Source: Chloroflexota bacterium (GTDB lineage Bacteria; Vulcanimicrobiota; JAMCWD01). From it: a stretch of 64,000 bases of DNA. Below the pieces are notes generated by a model, which saw nothing but the letters and a program-made list of their open reading frames with translations, made no database searches and was not told the origin of the DNA. Every line of letters begins with the position of its first letter. Positions within the stretch are counted from its first letter, which is position 1. Location of the stretch: assembly GCA_023475345.1 (NCBI GenBank), contig JAMCWD010000067.1, positions 11,513 through 75,512 on the forward strand, in the 5' to 3' direction. A program made the position numbers and the translations under genes. Below, in pieces: positions 9,077-18,880 of this stretch.

Positions 9077-9433
9077 ATGCCAAGAGTTAAACGCGCAGTT
9101 CTTTCGAAAAAGAAAAAGCGTAAGATAATGAAAAACGCAAAAGGATTCAGGGGTGCAAGAAGCCATTCATACAAGGCTGCAAAAGAAGCTCTCATGCACG
9201 CCATGACTTATGCGTACAGAGACCGCCACAACAAAAAGCGGGATTTCCGGCGCCTGTGGATAGTCCGGATCAATGCCGCGGCCAGGCTGAACGGCCTGTC
9301 ATATAACAGGATGATGAGCGGCCTGAAAAATGCAGGGATAGACGTGAACCGGAAGGTTCTCGCAGACCTTGCGGTTACCGATGCCACAGCTTTCAGCGTG
9401 CTTGCCGAGACCGCAAAGAAACACCTGTCCTGA
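9077..9433 (+). CDS. rplT: 50S ribosomal protein L20
   Basis: [48 protein letters not shown]. Confidence 0.97.
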   Translation: MPRVKRAVLSKKKKRKIMKNAKGFRGARSHSYKAAKEALMHAMTYAYRDRHNKKRDFRRLWIVRINAAARLNGLSYNRMMSGLKNAGIDVNRKVLADLAVTDATAFSVLAETAKKHLS

Positions 9434-9447
9434 CATTTATAATTCAT

Positions 9448-9488
9448 CCGGGAATAAAACCCCCAACTCGGGGGTTTTTTATTCCCGG
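9448..9488 (+). terminator. Intrinsic terminator after rplT
   Basis: CCGGGAATAAAACCCCC..GGGGGTTTTTTATTCCCGG inverted repeat. Confidence 0.8.
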
Positions 9489-9616
9489 TTTGAATGCCGG
9501 CGCATGGTAATATCTCTCATGTCGGATACCGTGAGAAACCGGGAGCAATTTTAACATAGCCGGTCATGAGGAATAAGGATGAATGAAGTTTTAATTTCAT
9601 CTTCTAAAGTAAAATC

Positions 9617-10435
9617 ATGCAGCTTATAATCTTCTTTTTTATCGGAGCCGTAACGGCCCTGTTCGGCACCCTCGTAGGAGTCGGCGGGGGTTTTATACTT
9701 ATTCCCGTTTTGCTTTTGATATTTAAGTTCCCGCCGACGCTTGCAGTCGGCACATCGATGTTAGTCATTTTCTGCAATGCTATTTCGGGGACTATCGCAT
9801 ACTTCAGGCATAAAAAAATAGATATAAAAAGCGGGTGGTGGTTCGTAGCAGCGACTTTTCCCGGAACGGTTGCAGGCAGTTTTCTTACTCAATATTTCAC
9901 CAATGCAGTATTCCAGGCTTGTTTCGGCGTCATGCTCGTCCTGTCAAGCATCTCCATATTTATGAGGGGAAACCAAGAAAAACCTTCCGAATTGTTCTGC
10001 CGTCTTGAATCGATGATCCCGGGAGGCCGTTGTGAACGCCGTATAGTGGATTGCGACGATAAAGAATACAGGTATAAATTTTCGCTTCCGTTCGGCATAT
10101 TTATAAGTTTCCTGCTGGGATTTATAGCAGGGGCTTTCGGTATTGGAGGGGGCATAATCATAATGCCCACATTGATCCTGGCATTAAATTTCCCTGTCCC
10201 GATAGCCGTGGCTACATCGCATTTCACCCTGGCTTTTACAGGTTTTTTCGGAGCCGTAACGCACTTTTTTCTGGGAAACGTACAACTGCTTGCCGGAGTT
10301 GTTATGGGAATCGGCGCGATTATAGGCGCCCAGTTCGGCGCCGTTATTTCAAAGAAGGCCAGAAGCGTATGGATAGCGCGCCTGCTCGCCCTGGCCCTGC
10401 TCGGAGTCGGAATAAGGATGATTTTCTTTCATTGA
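9617..10435 (+). CDS. TauE/SafE (TSUP) family membrane transporter
   Basis: Duplicated GxxGVGGG / GAFGIGGG motifs, AVGTS / AVATS, about 8 TM segments. Confidence 0.88.
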   Translation: MQLIIFFFIGAVTALFGTLVGVGGGFILIPVLLLIFKFPPTLAVGTSMLVIFCNAISGTIAYFRHKKIDIKSGWWFVAATFPGTVAGSFLTQYFTNAVFQACFGVMLVLSSISIFMRGNQEKPSELFCRLESMIPGGRCERRIVDCDDKEYRYKFSLPFGIFISFLLGFIAGAFGIGGGIIIMPTLILALNFPVPIAVATSHFTLAFTGFFGAVTHFFLGNVQLLAGVVMGIGAIIGAQFGAVISKKARSVWIARLLALALLGVGIRMIFFH

Positions 10436-10487
10436 TCGAAAGGCTTCGCGGACAATTTTTTCAACACGAAATTTTCAGATTATATTC

Positions 10488-10515
10488 TTGACAAAATTTT
10501 ACAGGGTTCTATAAT
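10488..10515 (+). promoter_or_regulatory. Consensus sigma70 promoter for the tRNA
   Basis: TTGACA, 16 bp, TATAAT. Confidence 0.8.
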
Positions 10516-10545
10516 GTTGAAGAGAAAAGTAAAACCGCTAGATAT

Positions 10546-10620
10546 GGCGGGGTAGCTCAGTGGTAGAGCAGGAGACTCATAAGCTCTTGGTCGGGAGTTC
10601 AACTCTCCCCCCCGCCACCA
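10546..10620 (+). tRNA. tRNA with CAT anticodon, probably elongator tRNA-Met (Ile2 not excluded)
   Basis: GGCGGGG/CCCCGCC acceptor stem, D arm TAGCTCAGTGGTAGAGC, CTCATAA loop, GTTCAAC T loop, encoded CCA; G1-C72 pair argues against initiator. Confidence 0.92.
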
Positions 10621-10621
10621 G

Positions 10622-10654
10622 AAATAAAAAGGCCTGAAAAGGCCCTTTTTATTT
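10622..10654. terminator. Bidirectional-type terminator after the tRNA
   Basis: AAATAAAAAGGCC-TGAAAA-GGCCCTTTTTATTT. Confidence 0.7.
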
Positions 10655-10710
10655 TGAAGATTAGAGCCGCAAAACAGGATCGATTATTTATAAATTCAGT
10701 ATAGTCCCGG

Positions 10711-10908
10711 TTATTCGGATATGAGTCCCTGGTATAGCCCGTCCAGAAACTTGAGCACCTGTTCCGCGTTGTCAACTTTAGTATTCGGATTTGAAAGCCA
10801 TATCCTGGTGAATTCGACAGCCACCTGCAATACTCCGGCCTCTATTTTCTTATCGTCAGGCACTCCGGGATGCTTCCCGTCCATGTAATCGAAAGGGTAT
10901 CTCCCCAT
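10711..10908 (-). CDS. Small hypothetical protein (65 aa)
   Basis: AGGAGG SD upstream of ATG; no competing ORF. Confidence 0.65.
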   Translation of the reverse strand: MGRYPFDYMDGKHPGVPDDKKIEAGVLQVAVEFTRIWLSNPNTKVDNAEQVLKFLDGLYQGLISE

Positions 10909-10987
10909 GGCAGCCTCCTGTCAAATATACTAACGGGAAGTTAATCTTCCCTGTTCTTGCTTCGCCTCCTGCTCTTAAGACCGTCCC

Positions 10988-11644
10988 TTATCTTAAAGTA
11001 GTGGCGTCATCCTCATTGGTGTATTCGGATTCCCCTGCAACGTTATAAGCGGTTACCTTGTAAAAATATTGGGTGCCCGGTTCCAGGCCGGTGTCACGGT
11101 AAAAATTCAGGTTGGCATCGACAACTGCAACCTGACTATAGTTTCCGTAGCCTTTCCTGCGGTAAACTTTATAGCCTTCTTCATCTGGAACATCATGCCA
11201 TGATAGATCTATTGAATTATGTGCTTCAGCATGAGCGGTAAGAATACCCGGCCGTACAGGCCGCGCCTGAAAAGTAGTAACGCTGTCCTCGTTTGAAAAT
11301 TCTGACTCGCCTGCGCCATTATATACTCTGACCTTGTAATAATAAGTCGTCCCCGGCCTCAGATTATCATCGACGTAGCTCGTATTGTTCATATCTACTT
11401 TTATAGTTTTGCTGTAGTCGCTGTTTGAAGACCGGTGAAGTATGAAGCCGTCTTCGTTATCGGAGTTGTCATACCAGTGGATCTCCACCCTTGTCGGCGA
11501 TATTGCCACCGCGCTAAGCCCGTCCGGCGCTCTCGGTATCCTGTCTTCCGCAAAAAGCACACCGGTCATAAACAAGAACAAACATGAAAATACCAGAGAT
11601 TCAATTACAGATCCCCTGAATCTTCCCGGCTTTTCAACCTTCAT
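10988..11644 (-). CDS. Secreted protein with two fibronectin type III domains
   Basis: Signal peptide; two repeats of W-D-S/P..E.G...YxD.GL.PGT.YxYKV..YN.AGES. Confidence 0.88.
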   Translation of the reverse strand: MKVEKPGRFRGSVIESLVFSCLFLFMTGVLFAEDRIPRAPDGLSAVAISPTRVEIHWYDNSDNEDGFILHRSSNSDYSKTIKVDMNNTSYVDDNLRPGTTYYYKVRVYNGAGESEFSNEDSVTTFQARPVRPGILTAHAEAHNSIDLSWHDVPDEEGYKVYRRKGYGNYSQVAVVDANLNFYRDTGLEPGTQYFYKVTAYNVAGESEYTNEDDATTLR

Positions 11645-11839
11645 CGAATACACCTCCGTAATAACGTTTGTTGCCGAATCCCTTTATGGTTTCGCCTTCA
11701 AAATTAAATTAACCTTCAATAATTATTTACAACGGCAAAATGCAGACGATCATTTTCAGGACACGGATTATAAAAGGATAATCATCTCCTGTGCCTAAAT
11801 TCAACGAACTGTCAATTTAAATCATGCGAGGAATTACCG

Positions 11840-13141
11840 ATGGAAACCGATAAGGCAGGGCAGGTCTATAAAGAAAAGCATCCGAAGGGCCTGTATGTCC
11901 TTTTCATGACGGAGATGTGGGAGCGGTTCAGCTTTTACACGATGCTTTCACTGCTGGTCCTTTACCTTCGCGATCCCAACGGCGGCCTGGGATGGTCAAC
12001 GGAAAAGGCCGTGGACATATATTCTTATTACCTGACTTTCGTTTATTTCACCCCGCTTATAGGGGGATTTCTTGCCGATAAATACATCGGTTACCGCAGG
12101 GCGATAAGCATAGGCGCCCTGTTTTTCATCGCGGGTCATATCCTGCTGGCGTTCCCCTCGCCTACTATCATGTATGTGGCGCTTTTATGCCTCATCATAG
12201 GCAACGGTTTTTTCAAGCCCAACATATCGACGATGCTGGGAAACCTGTATCCCGAAGAATCCAAACTGAAAGATGCTGCATACAACATATTTTACATGGG
12301 GATAAATATCGGCGCATTCGCCTCGCCGATAGTCGCGGAGATTGTCAAGGCAAAGTTCGGCTATCATCCGGCATTTGCGGTGGCGGCGGGCGGCATGGTC
12401 ATCTCCCTCGCAATTTTCTGGGGCTTCGGGCGCTATGTAGTCGAGAAATGCTCTCCGAAAGACGGTACGAAAGATGAAACCGCCGTGCCTTGCGCCTGCG
12501 ATGCCGAAATCGATAAAGTGCCGGAATCGAAAAGGATCTGGGCGCTCATCGTCATATTCCTGGTTACAATAGTTTTCTGGATGGCATTCGATCAAAACGG
12601 CTCGACGCTGACAATATGGGCGGACGAAAATACAAAGTGGAGCGTCTCGGGGGTCATTTCAAATTCGATAAACCCATTCTGGATCATAATTTTGACATTC
12701 CCGCTGCTTGCTTTCTGGAAGCATCTTGCGAAATACGACAGGGAGCCTTCCACGCCGACCAAGATGGTTTACGGGATGCTTTTATGCGCCCTGTCATTTT
12801 ACATAATGTATTATGCGGCGATATTCGGCGGCAATACCGGGAAGGTTTCCCCCTGGTGGCTCATATCTTCTTACGGTGTCGTAACACTGGGCGAGTTGAT
12901 GCTTTCGCCGATGGCCCTGTCCCTTGTTTCAAAAGTCGCCCCCAGGAGACTGCGCGGGATGATGATGGGGCTATGGTTCGCATCGACCGCAATCGGGAAC
13001 AAGCTGTCCGTCATCGGTAAATACTGGGAAGTATGGAGCCATTCGAAATTCTTTTTTATACTGGCGACGCTGTCGCTTTTTACGGCGCTTGTCCTTGTAC
13101 TGATACTCAAGCCGATTAAAAAGGCCATGCCAGGGGTTTAG
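11840..13141 (+). CDS. POT/PTR family proton-dependent di/tripeptide transporter
   Basis: HPKGLYVLFMTEMWERFSFY (ExxERF), GNGFFKPN, FYMGINIGA. Confidence 0.93.
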   Translation: METDKAGQVYKEKHPKGLYVLFMTEMWERFSFYTMLSLLVLYLRDPNGGLGWSTEKAVDIYSYYLTFVYFTPLIGGFLADKYIGYRRAISIGALFFIAGHILLAFPSPTIMYVALLCLIIGNGFFKPNISTMLGNLYPEESKLKDAAYNIFYMGINIGAFASPIVAEIVKAKFGYHPAFAVAAGGMVISLAIFWGFGRYVVEKCSPKDGTKDETAVPCACDAEIDKVPESKRIWALIVIFLVTIVFWMAFDQNGSTLTIWADENTKWSVSGVISNSINPFWIIILTFPLLAFWKHLAKYDREPSTPTKMVYGMLLCALSFYIMYYAAIFGGNTGKVSPWWLISSYGVVTLGELMLSPMALSLVSKVAPRRLRGMMMGLWFASTAIGNKLSVIGKYWEVWSHSKFFFILATLSLFTALVLVLILKPIKKAMPGV

Positions 13142-13321
13142 AGCAGGCTCAGAATCGAAATTAATGCCCGGAAGCATGCGATTTAGGAGAGCGGGGCTTA
13201 AACCTTAAGCTCGAATCTTAACGGATTCAAGCTGGAAAACGGCCGGTTATTATTATCATGAAGTTCTTATTGGACAGCACCTATCTGTCGTTATTTTTTT
13301 TCGCCGGAAGCCTCCGGCTTC

Positions 13322-13349
13322 TTGACCATTATCCGTATGGAGTTATAAT
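13322..13349 (+). promoter_or_regulatory. Sigma70-type promoter directly before the ATG at 13356
   Basis: TTGACC, 16 bp, TATAAT. Confidence 0.6.
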
Positions 13350-13355
13350 AACATC

Positions 13356-13802
13356 ATGGGAGATTCAATAAATCCGTTATCAAATCAATTTCAAATGAAC
13401 GCCGCCGCCAATGTGCAGAAGTTCATCGGCGGCATCAAGAAACCGGAAGATGTCCAGAAGTCCGAGAAGCAGGAGTCTCCTCTGGATTCCGTCAGGATTG
13501 ACGCCAAAAACGTTCCTGAAAAAACAAGCGCCGCCAGAGGGATGGAAGAAGCCGCACGCTCCGGTGTATTGTCCGAACAGGAAGAAATACGAAAAAAGGA
13601 AAAAGAAATAACCGGGGATATCCCTCCGGAAGCGCTGGAAGCAGCGAAGAAAATCGTCAAGGGCCGGATACACAAGATGAAAGATATGGTCCCGATCCCA
13701 GAGGACCTGATGGTAAGCCTGAAGCCTGAAGACTTCCACGGCATCATGGGGATCCATGACTGGCATAACCAGCCGATATACGAGGACGAGCCCGGAAACT
13801 GA
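13356..13802 (+). CDS. Hypothetical hydrophilic protein
   Basis: 148-aa ORF with its own promoter and a downstream terminator. Confidence 0.7.
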   Translation: MGDSINPLSNQFQMNAAANVQKFIGGIKKPEDVQKSEKQESPLDSVRIDAKNVPEKTSAARGMEEAARSGVLSEQEEIRKKEKEITGDIPPEALEAAKKIVKGRIHKMKDMVPIPEDLMVSLKPEDFHGIMGIHDWHNQPIYEDEPGN

Positions 13803-13840
13803 CCGGCGCCTGTCATAACAACTCCAATCCATATAAACAT

Positions 13841-13910
13841 CCACCCGCGTAGCGGGTGGTTTTTCTTTGACCCTATAAAAAAACAGGGGGCTTTGAAAAC
13901 CCCCTGTTTT
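13841..13910. terminator. Two terminator hairpins between convergent genes
   Basis: CCACCCGC-GTA-GCGGGTGG-TTTTT and AAAACAGGGGG..CCCCCTGTTTT. Confidence 0.75.
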
Positions 13911-13929
13911 AATTTCTGCGATATTACGA

Positions 13930-14964
13930 TTACGGCGTCTGTGAAGGCGCCGGGCCTTCCGCTGGCTCATTTACGGTTGCCCCGGGCGCAGCCTCAGTGT
14001 TTTCCACTTTAGACCCGGTTACCTGGCCCTGAGTCTGAGTCGTTTCCACCCTCGGTTCTCCAGGTTTTTTCTCCGTCCCCATCGTGGCGCCTTCGCCTGC
14101 GGGCGCTACAGCGCCTGTGCCCATAGTGGAGCCTTTTCCGGCAGGCGCTAATTTCACCTTGAGCTGGGGCGTTTTCTGGGAATACTTGCCGCCCATGTAA
14201 TAAGCAATAGATTCCTGGAGAGCGGCTTCAAGCTCGTCATAAGTGCCGCTGCCTATTTCTTTAGCTATGGCATTATGCTTCTGGACGGCCGCCACCATGC
14301 GTTCCAATGCCTTTGCATATTCTTCGTCACCGGCCTTCTCGTCTTCCCGGGCGCGCGAAACGCCTGCCTCGTCCTTTTTCGTATATCCCTGGATATATTC
14401 ATCGGTAGCAAGTTCTTGCGAATTTATCGCCCTGCGAAAGGCATCGGGAATTGATGCCGTATCTTCGAATGCATAGACGGTAGGCAGCTCACCCACTTTG
14501 TCGTTTATCGAGAGGAAAAGCACCTTTGCCCCGGCAAGCCCCGGATCTATAACCGATTTGTTTTTTTCAATCTTTGATTTTTTATTGGAGTCAATGCGCA
14601 TATTATTGGCTTCGGTATAAATCGAGTCGATCTCGGCGAACTTCTTTACGAATTCGGCGAACTGGTTCAGGTTCTCCATCTGGCGAGCTCTTTCCGCCTC
14701 CTGCTCTTTTCGCTTCTCCTCTGCGATCCTGTTCTGTTCGGCTATCCTTGCCTTCTCTTTGGCGGCGACATTCATGCGCCATGCTAAAAGACCTATCCCG
14801 ACAATCAAAATCAAAACGATTACCACTATTACCACCGTTATATTCCCGGCATTCCTGCGATGAGAATCATCACTTTTTACAAACATATTTTCCCTCCTAA
14901 CATAATCCGCATAAATATCTTCCTGCGGTTGATTTCTTCTTAACAGACTCAAAAATTCCTTCAT
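13930..14964 (-). CDS. Single-pass membrane protein with coiled coil and low-complexity tail
   Basis: ITVVIVVIVLILIVGIGLLAW TM, EEKRKEQEAERAR coiled coil, repeated APAGxGxTMGT. Confidence 0.75.
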   Translation of the reverse strand: MKEFLSLLRRNQPQEDIYADYVRRENMFVKSDDSHRRNAGNITVVIVVIVLILIVGIGLLAWRMNVAAKEKARIAEQNRIAEEKRKEQEAERARQMENLNQFAEFVKKFAEIDSIYTEANNMRIDSNKKSKIEKNKSVIDPGLAGAKVLFLSINDKVGELPTVYAFEDTASIPDAFRRAINSQELATDEYIQGYTKKDEAGVSRAREDEKAGDEEYAKALERMVAAVQKHNAIAKEIGSGTYDELEAALQESIAYYMGGKYSQKTPQLKVKLAPAGKGSTMGTGAVAPAGEGATMGTEKKPGEPRVETTQTQGQVTGSKVENTEAAPGATVNEPAEGPAPSQTP

Positions 14965-15033
14965 TCCTCAGTCTACTCCTGCAGGAGATTTTCTGCTACA
15001 TTAAGAAGGAACATTAAAATTGAATATGACTTC

Positions 15034-16749
15034 ATGAGCAAGAGTTTAAATATAATGAAAACCAATAAACTTATTTTAATTGTTATCATCGGGATTTTTT
15101 TTCTGGCAATTCCCGGCAGCCGGGCGACGGGAGACAATCTCCCTGCTGACCCGAACCAGTTATTATTAAAGCTTTTGCCCCGGGAATACCTGCCCATGAA
15201 TTTCTATCCCGTAGGGAATCCGACCACATCAACATTCGGGAATATATATTATGGAATCCAGAACTATGTTGCAACGGACGAAAAAACAAGGAAAAATTCA
15301 ACCGGCACCATAAGCATTTTCCGGCATCTGGATAATTTTCTCGCGCAGGATTATTTCGAAACGGAAAGATCGAAGATGAACTTATTGCTCAAAGATGTCG
15401 AGAATAACCGGGAGCTTGACGAGGGAGACGGCTACGGCGAAGGAAGCTTCGGATATTATGTTAAAAATGGCGATCACTATAAAATTGTTATTATTATTCA
15501 AAACTATATATTAATTATAGATTTTGACAATAATGAAAAAAATGCTTATGCGATGGCCAAAACTGCAGTTGCCAATTTTGACGGCGTAATGTCAACCGGC
15601 TCCGGCCGGAAGTTCAAGAAGCGCGATTTGAAGGTCAAATGCAGGCTCGAAGCTGTCCAGGTAATGCCATTCCCTGAAAATGCCGTCTGGGCCCAGGGAA
15701 AGGCCGGTGTATTCAGAGTTTTCGTGGAATGGAGAGACGGTAAAGTCCTCTGGATGACCGCCGATGTCTGTTTCATGGTGGACGGCAAAGAAGCGGAGAC
15801 CGTTACCAAAAAATTTACAAAGGATTACGAAGAAGAAGATTTAAAGGAATGCCGCAATTCGGCAAATTTCGTTTATATTCCCAATATCTCGAAGCCCTTC
15901 AAGGTTTCCGCGATAGTCAAGCCTCTTCATGTGAAAGGCGACAAGAAATACCGCTATAATATCCCGCCTGCCATAGAAATCGCCGGCCCGGAAATACCCG
16001 TTACAGCTTCAAGTCCTATGAACTTCACCTTTTACCCGTTATCGGTGGGAGAATGGTCGGGAAAAGCAGCCGTTCCCGGCAATGACTTAATGTGCTTCAT
16101 GGAAAATTCCTTAAGCTTTGTAAAAGAAATTTTCCCTGTAGCCGAATCAGAGGTAAGGAACCAGTCTTCAAGATATGCATACAGCGAAATGCCCGTATTG
16201 ACTGTAGAAGGGCCGTCCACCAGCAGTTATAATATGGATTCCCAGGGAAAAATCCGGCTCCTGGAGCCGCTCCAGAACTCCATGAAAAAATTCGGAGAAG
16301 ATTTCATAGTTGGGGTGGTGCCTCACGGCTGGCCCCAGAAATCCGGTTCGGGACCGGCTTTTTTCCCGGGCTTCTGCATGCCCATGACATATCCTAACAG
16401 CATGGTCGCCGAACTCGAGCTTCCGCTTTCGGAAAGGAAACAAAAATTTGAAATAGTCCCGACGCCGAATACTCCTGTGCTGGCAAGGAACATGGGTCTT
16501 CTGCTCGAACTGGACAGCCTGCCCAAAGACAGGCTGGAAGGTGTAAGAGTTTCCAAAAGGCCTGACAACAGTTGGAAAATAATCGACATGACAGTCGGGA
16601 AGGACAACCTGAATTTCCTGGATCCGGCGGCAAACGACCCTGATAAGACCTGGCTTACGAAAGAACAATATTTACGGCTGAAAGAACTTTCGACAGGCGG
16701 GTGGTGGAGAAAGATCCAGGAAGAGAAAAAGAACCGGGGAAAGAAGTAG
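15034..16749 (+). CDS. Secreted multidomain hypothetical protein
   Basis: Signal-like N-terminus; 571-aa ORF; C-terminal part resembles a zincin scaffold without HExxH. Confidence 0.7.
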   Translation: MSKSLNIMKTNKLILIVIIGIFFLAIPGSRATGDNLPADPNQLLLKLLPREYLPMNFYPVGNPTTSTFGNIYYGIQNYVATDEKTRKNSTGTISIFRHLDNFLAQDYFETERSKMNLLLKDVENNRELDEGDGYGEGSFGYYVKNGDHYKIVIIIQNYILIIDFDNNEKNAYAMAKTAVANFDGVMSTGSGRKFKKRDLKVKCRLEAVQVMPFPENAVWAQGKAGVFRVFVEWRDGKVLWMTADVCFMVDGKEAETVTKKFTKDYEEEDLKECRNSANFVYIPNISKPFKVSAIVKPLHVKGDKKYRYNIPPAIEIAGPEIPVTASSPMNFTFYPLSVGEWSGKAAVPGNDLMCFMENSLSFVKEIFPVAESEVRNQSSRYAYSEMPVLTVEGPSTSSYNMDSQGKIRLLEPLQNSMKKFGEDFIVGVVPHGWPQKSGSGPAFFPGFCMPMTYPNSMVAELELPLSERKQKFEIVPTPNTPVLARNMGLLLELDSLPKDRLEGVRVSKRPDNSWKIIDMTVGKDNLNFLDPAANDPDKTWLTKEQYLRLKELSTGGWWRKIQEEKKNRGKK

Positions 16750-16857
16750 TAACCGTTTCAGGCGGATAAACCTTCACGGAAGGTATTGAACTTTCCTCCA
16801 ACGAAAACTCAGGAAAATAAACCGGATGGCATAATAAAGCACAAGGGGGCTTATGGA

Positions 16858-18795
16858 ATGAAACATAAAAATCCGGGCGTGATGATATCAATTCTGTTCG
16901 TTATAATTTTTATCTTCGCCATGATCAGACCTGCAGGAGCCATTGAAATAATATCGCATTTCATATTCGGCCCGGATCAGAAACCTTTCCAACTGGGTCT
17001 GGGCAGGCTGGATGTACTGAATTATTTCCCCCACGAACAGGCAGTCCTGACACTGGCTGAAAACGGCAACCTTTACATGTGGGACCTGAAGGCGACTTCT
17101 CTCAAGCTTATCGATTTCAATCACCCCCTTGCCCAGAAATATTATGTGCCCCCGCGCGAACGGAACAGGGTCCTGTGCGGCATGCTGAAACTTCCCGGAA
17201 ACACCCAGGTTGCTCACATATATTCATATAATCCCGGCACCTACCGCCTGGCAATGATAGTCGGCGGAAGGAAGCTTATACTTTACGATATGCTCAAGCA
17301 CCGGAAAATAGGAACCTATAACTCGTTCCATCCGATAGATTTCGTAAAATTTTCTCCCATGGGAAAATACCTGGCGCTCTTCGTCTCTCCCAGGCGGAAG
17401 GGTCAGGATTACACGATACAACTGTTCAATCCCGAAACATGCCTTACCGGTCTCCAGATAAAAGAGCTTTCCCCCGGAAAGTTGTGGACGGCGGATTACT
17501 TCACATTCTCTCCTTCGGAAGATACGGCGGTTATTCCGGAGAAACCCAATCTTCTCGTTTTCCGCGATTTGAAAACCGGAGATATCATCAAGAAACTTGA
17601 CCTTGAGGAAGAAAGCTCCGGAAGCGTTTCATGGTCGCCTGACGAAACGCTCCTGGCATGCGGCACAGGTAAGCAGGAAATAAAAATTTACGATTTTAAA
17701 GTAAAAAGGTTCGTTCAAAAGTTATATTCAGGGCTTGGTTGTAATCACAGGATATTCTGGTCGAAGGACAAGACGTCGATAGGTGCGGTTTCTCCGATGG
17801 GCACCGTGGCAATATGGAACAGGAGTAACGGGCGCAACGTGTACCGGCTGGACGGGCATACGGACAATGTCCTGTTCATGACTTTCCATCCGGAAAACGG
17901 CATCCTCCTGGCGGCTTTTGTCGGCGGGGAATATCTTAGGCTGAATCCCAAAAACAACGAGGTAACGAGGTTTTCGCCTAGGTTCAAGGATTTTGATCCG
18001 GAACCCAGGAATATGACCTGGCTGCCGGACGGAAAGCTTGCCTTCCCCTGGAACAACCATGTTCAGATAATCGATCCCGAAACAGGAGAACTGCTGTCTC
18101 AGACGGCGCTGAATACCGAAAGCGAATCGGTTTCTCCCGCTATAACGACTGTTTCCCCCGACGGGACCCGCGCGACCGCAGGCCGCGGCGACGGAGAATT
18201 TTACCTGTATGATTTCATAACGGGCAAACCGTTAAAAACCTTATGGCTGCTTTTTACCGAGCTTCCCCCGGCATGGTCTCCCGATTCCATGCGGCTTGCT
18301 TATACGTTTTCCGTTTCGGAGGGACTTATCGATAAAGAGGAAGGGGCAGAAGGCATAAAGCCGGAAAAAGGCAGGCTGACATTCCTCCGCTATGCCGACG
18401 GCAAAAACGGCACGATGCTTAAAAAACTCCAGGTAAAGCGCGGGGACGGCCGCCTCGTATGGTCCCCCGACAGCTCCTTCCTGGCCGCAGCATATCCCGG
18501 CAATTCCATCTTGCTCTGGAACCCCGACACAGGGGAAGAAAGAACATTCCTGTTTGCAAAAAGAGAGGCTGGTTTCGAATTCTCCGGTCCCGAACTCAAC
18601 TTCACCTTTAGAGATAATGACAGCATAATCTTCACAAGGAACAAATCCGTAATACAACTGGATTTCCCAACCGCCGAAAGCAGAGAGCTTCTGGGTCTCC
18701 CCGCCAGGATAACGGCCCTGGCGGTGGATAATGCCAGGAACCGCGCTGCGGCAGGCGATGAAAACGGCATAATCTATATTACACCTCTCCCGTAG
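16858..18795 (+). CDS. Secreted WD40/beta-propeller repeat protein
   Basis: Repeated FSP/WSPD motifs, LDGHTDNV, I.IYD/L.W; signal peptide. Confidence 0.85.
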   Translation: MKHKNPGVMISILFVIIFIFAMIRPAGAIEIISHFIFGPDQKPFQLGLGRLDVLNYFPHEQAVLTLAENGNLYMWDLKATSLKLIDFNHPLAQKYYVPPRERNRVLCGMLKLPGNTQVAHIYSYNPGTYRLAMIVGGRKLILYDMLKHRKIGTYNSFHPIDFVKFSPMGKYLALFVSPRRKGQDYTIQLFNPETCLTGLQIKELSPGKLWTADYFTFSPSEDTAVIPEKPNLLVFRDLKTGDIIKKLDLEEESSGSVSWSPDETLLACGTGKQEIKIYDFKVKRFVQKLYSGLGCNHRIFWSKDKTSIGAVSPMGTVAIWNRSNGRNVYRLDGHTDNVLFMTFHPENGILLAAFVGGEYLRLNPKNNEVTRFSPRFKDFDPEPRNMTWLPDGKLAFPWNNHVQIIDPETGELLSQTALNTESESVSPAITTVSPDGTRATAGRGDGEFYLYDFITGKPLKTLWLLFTELPPAWSPDSMRLAYTFSVSEGLIDKEEGAEGIKPEKGRLTFLRYADGKNGTMLKKLQVKRGDGRLVWSPDSSFLAAAYPGNSILLWNPDTGEERTFLFAKREAGFEFSGPELNFTFRDNDSIIFTRNKSVIQLDFPTAESRELLGLPARITALAVDNARNRAAAGDENGIIYITPLP

Positions 18796-18831
18796 AAATA
18801 AAAAACCCGGACGACGGATAACAATCCAAAC

Positions 18832-18863
18832 AAAAAGGGAGCGCTGCGGGCGCTCCCTTTTTT
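18832..18863. terminator. Bidirectional intrinsic terminator
   Basis: AAAAAGGGAGCGC-TGCGG-GCGCTCCCTTTTT between convergent genes. Confidence 0.85.
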
Positions 18864-18880
18864 ATTAGCGAGACCGAATT

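Noticed and set aside
10546-11000. tRNA as an integration site for a genomic island
   Set aside because: No integrase and no duplicated tRNA 3' end was seen in the window
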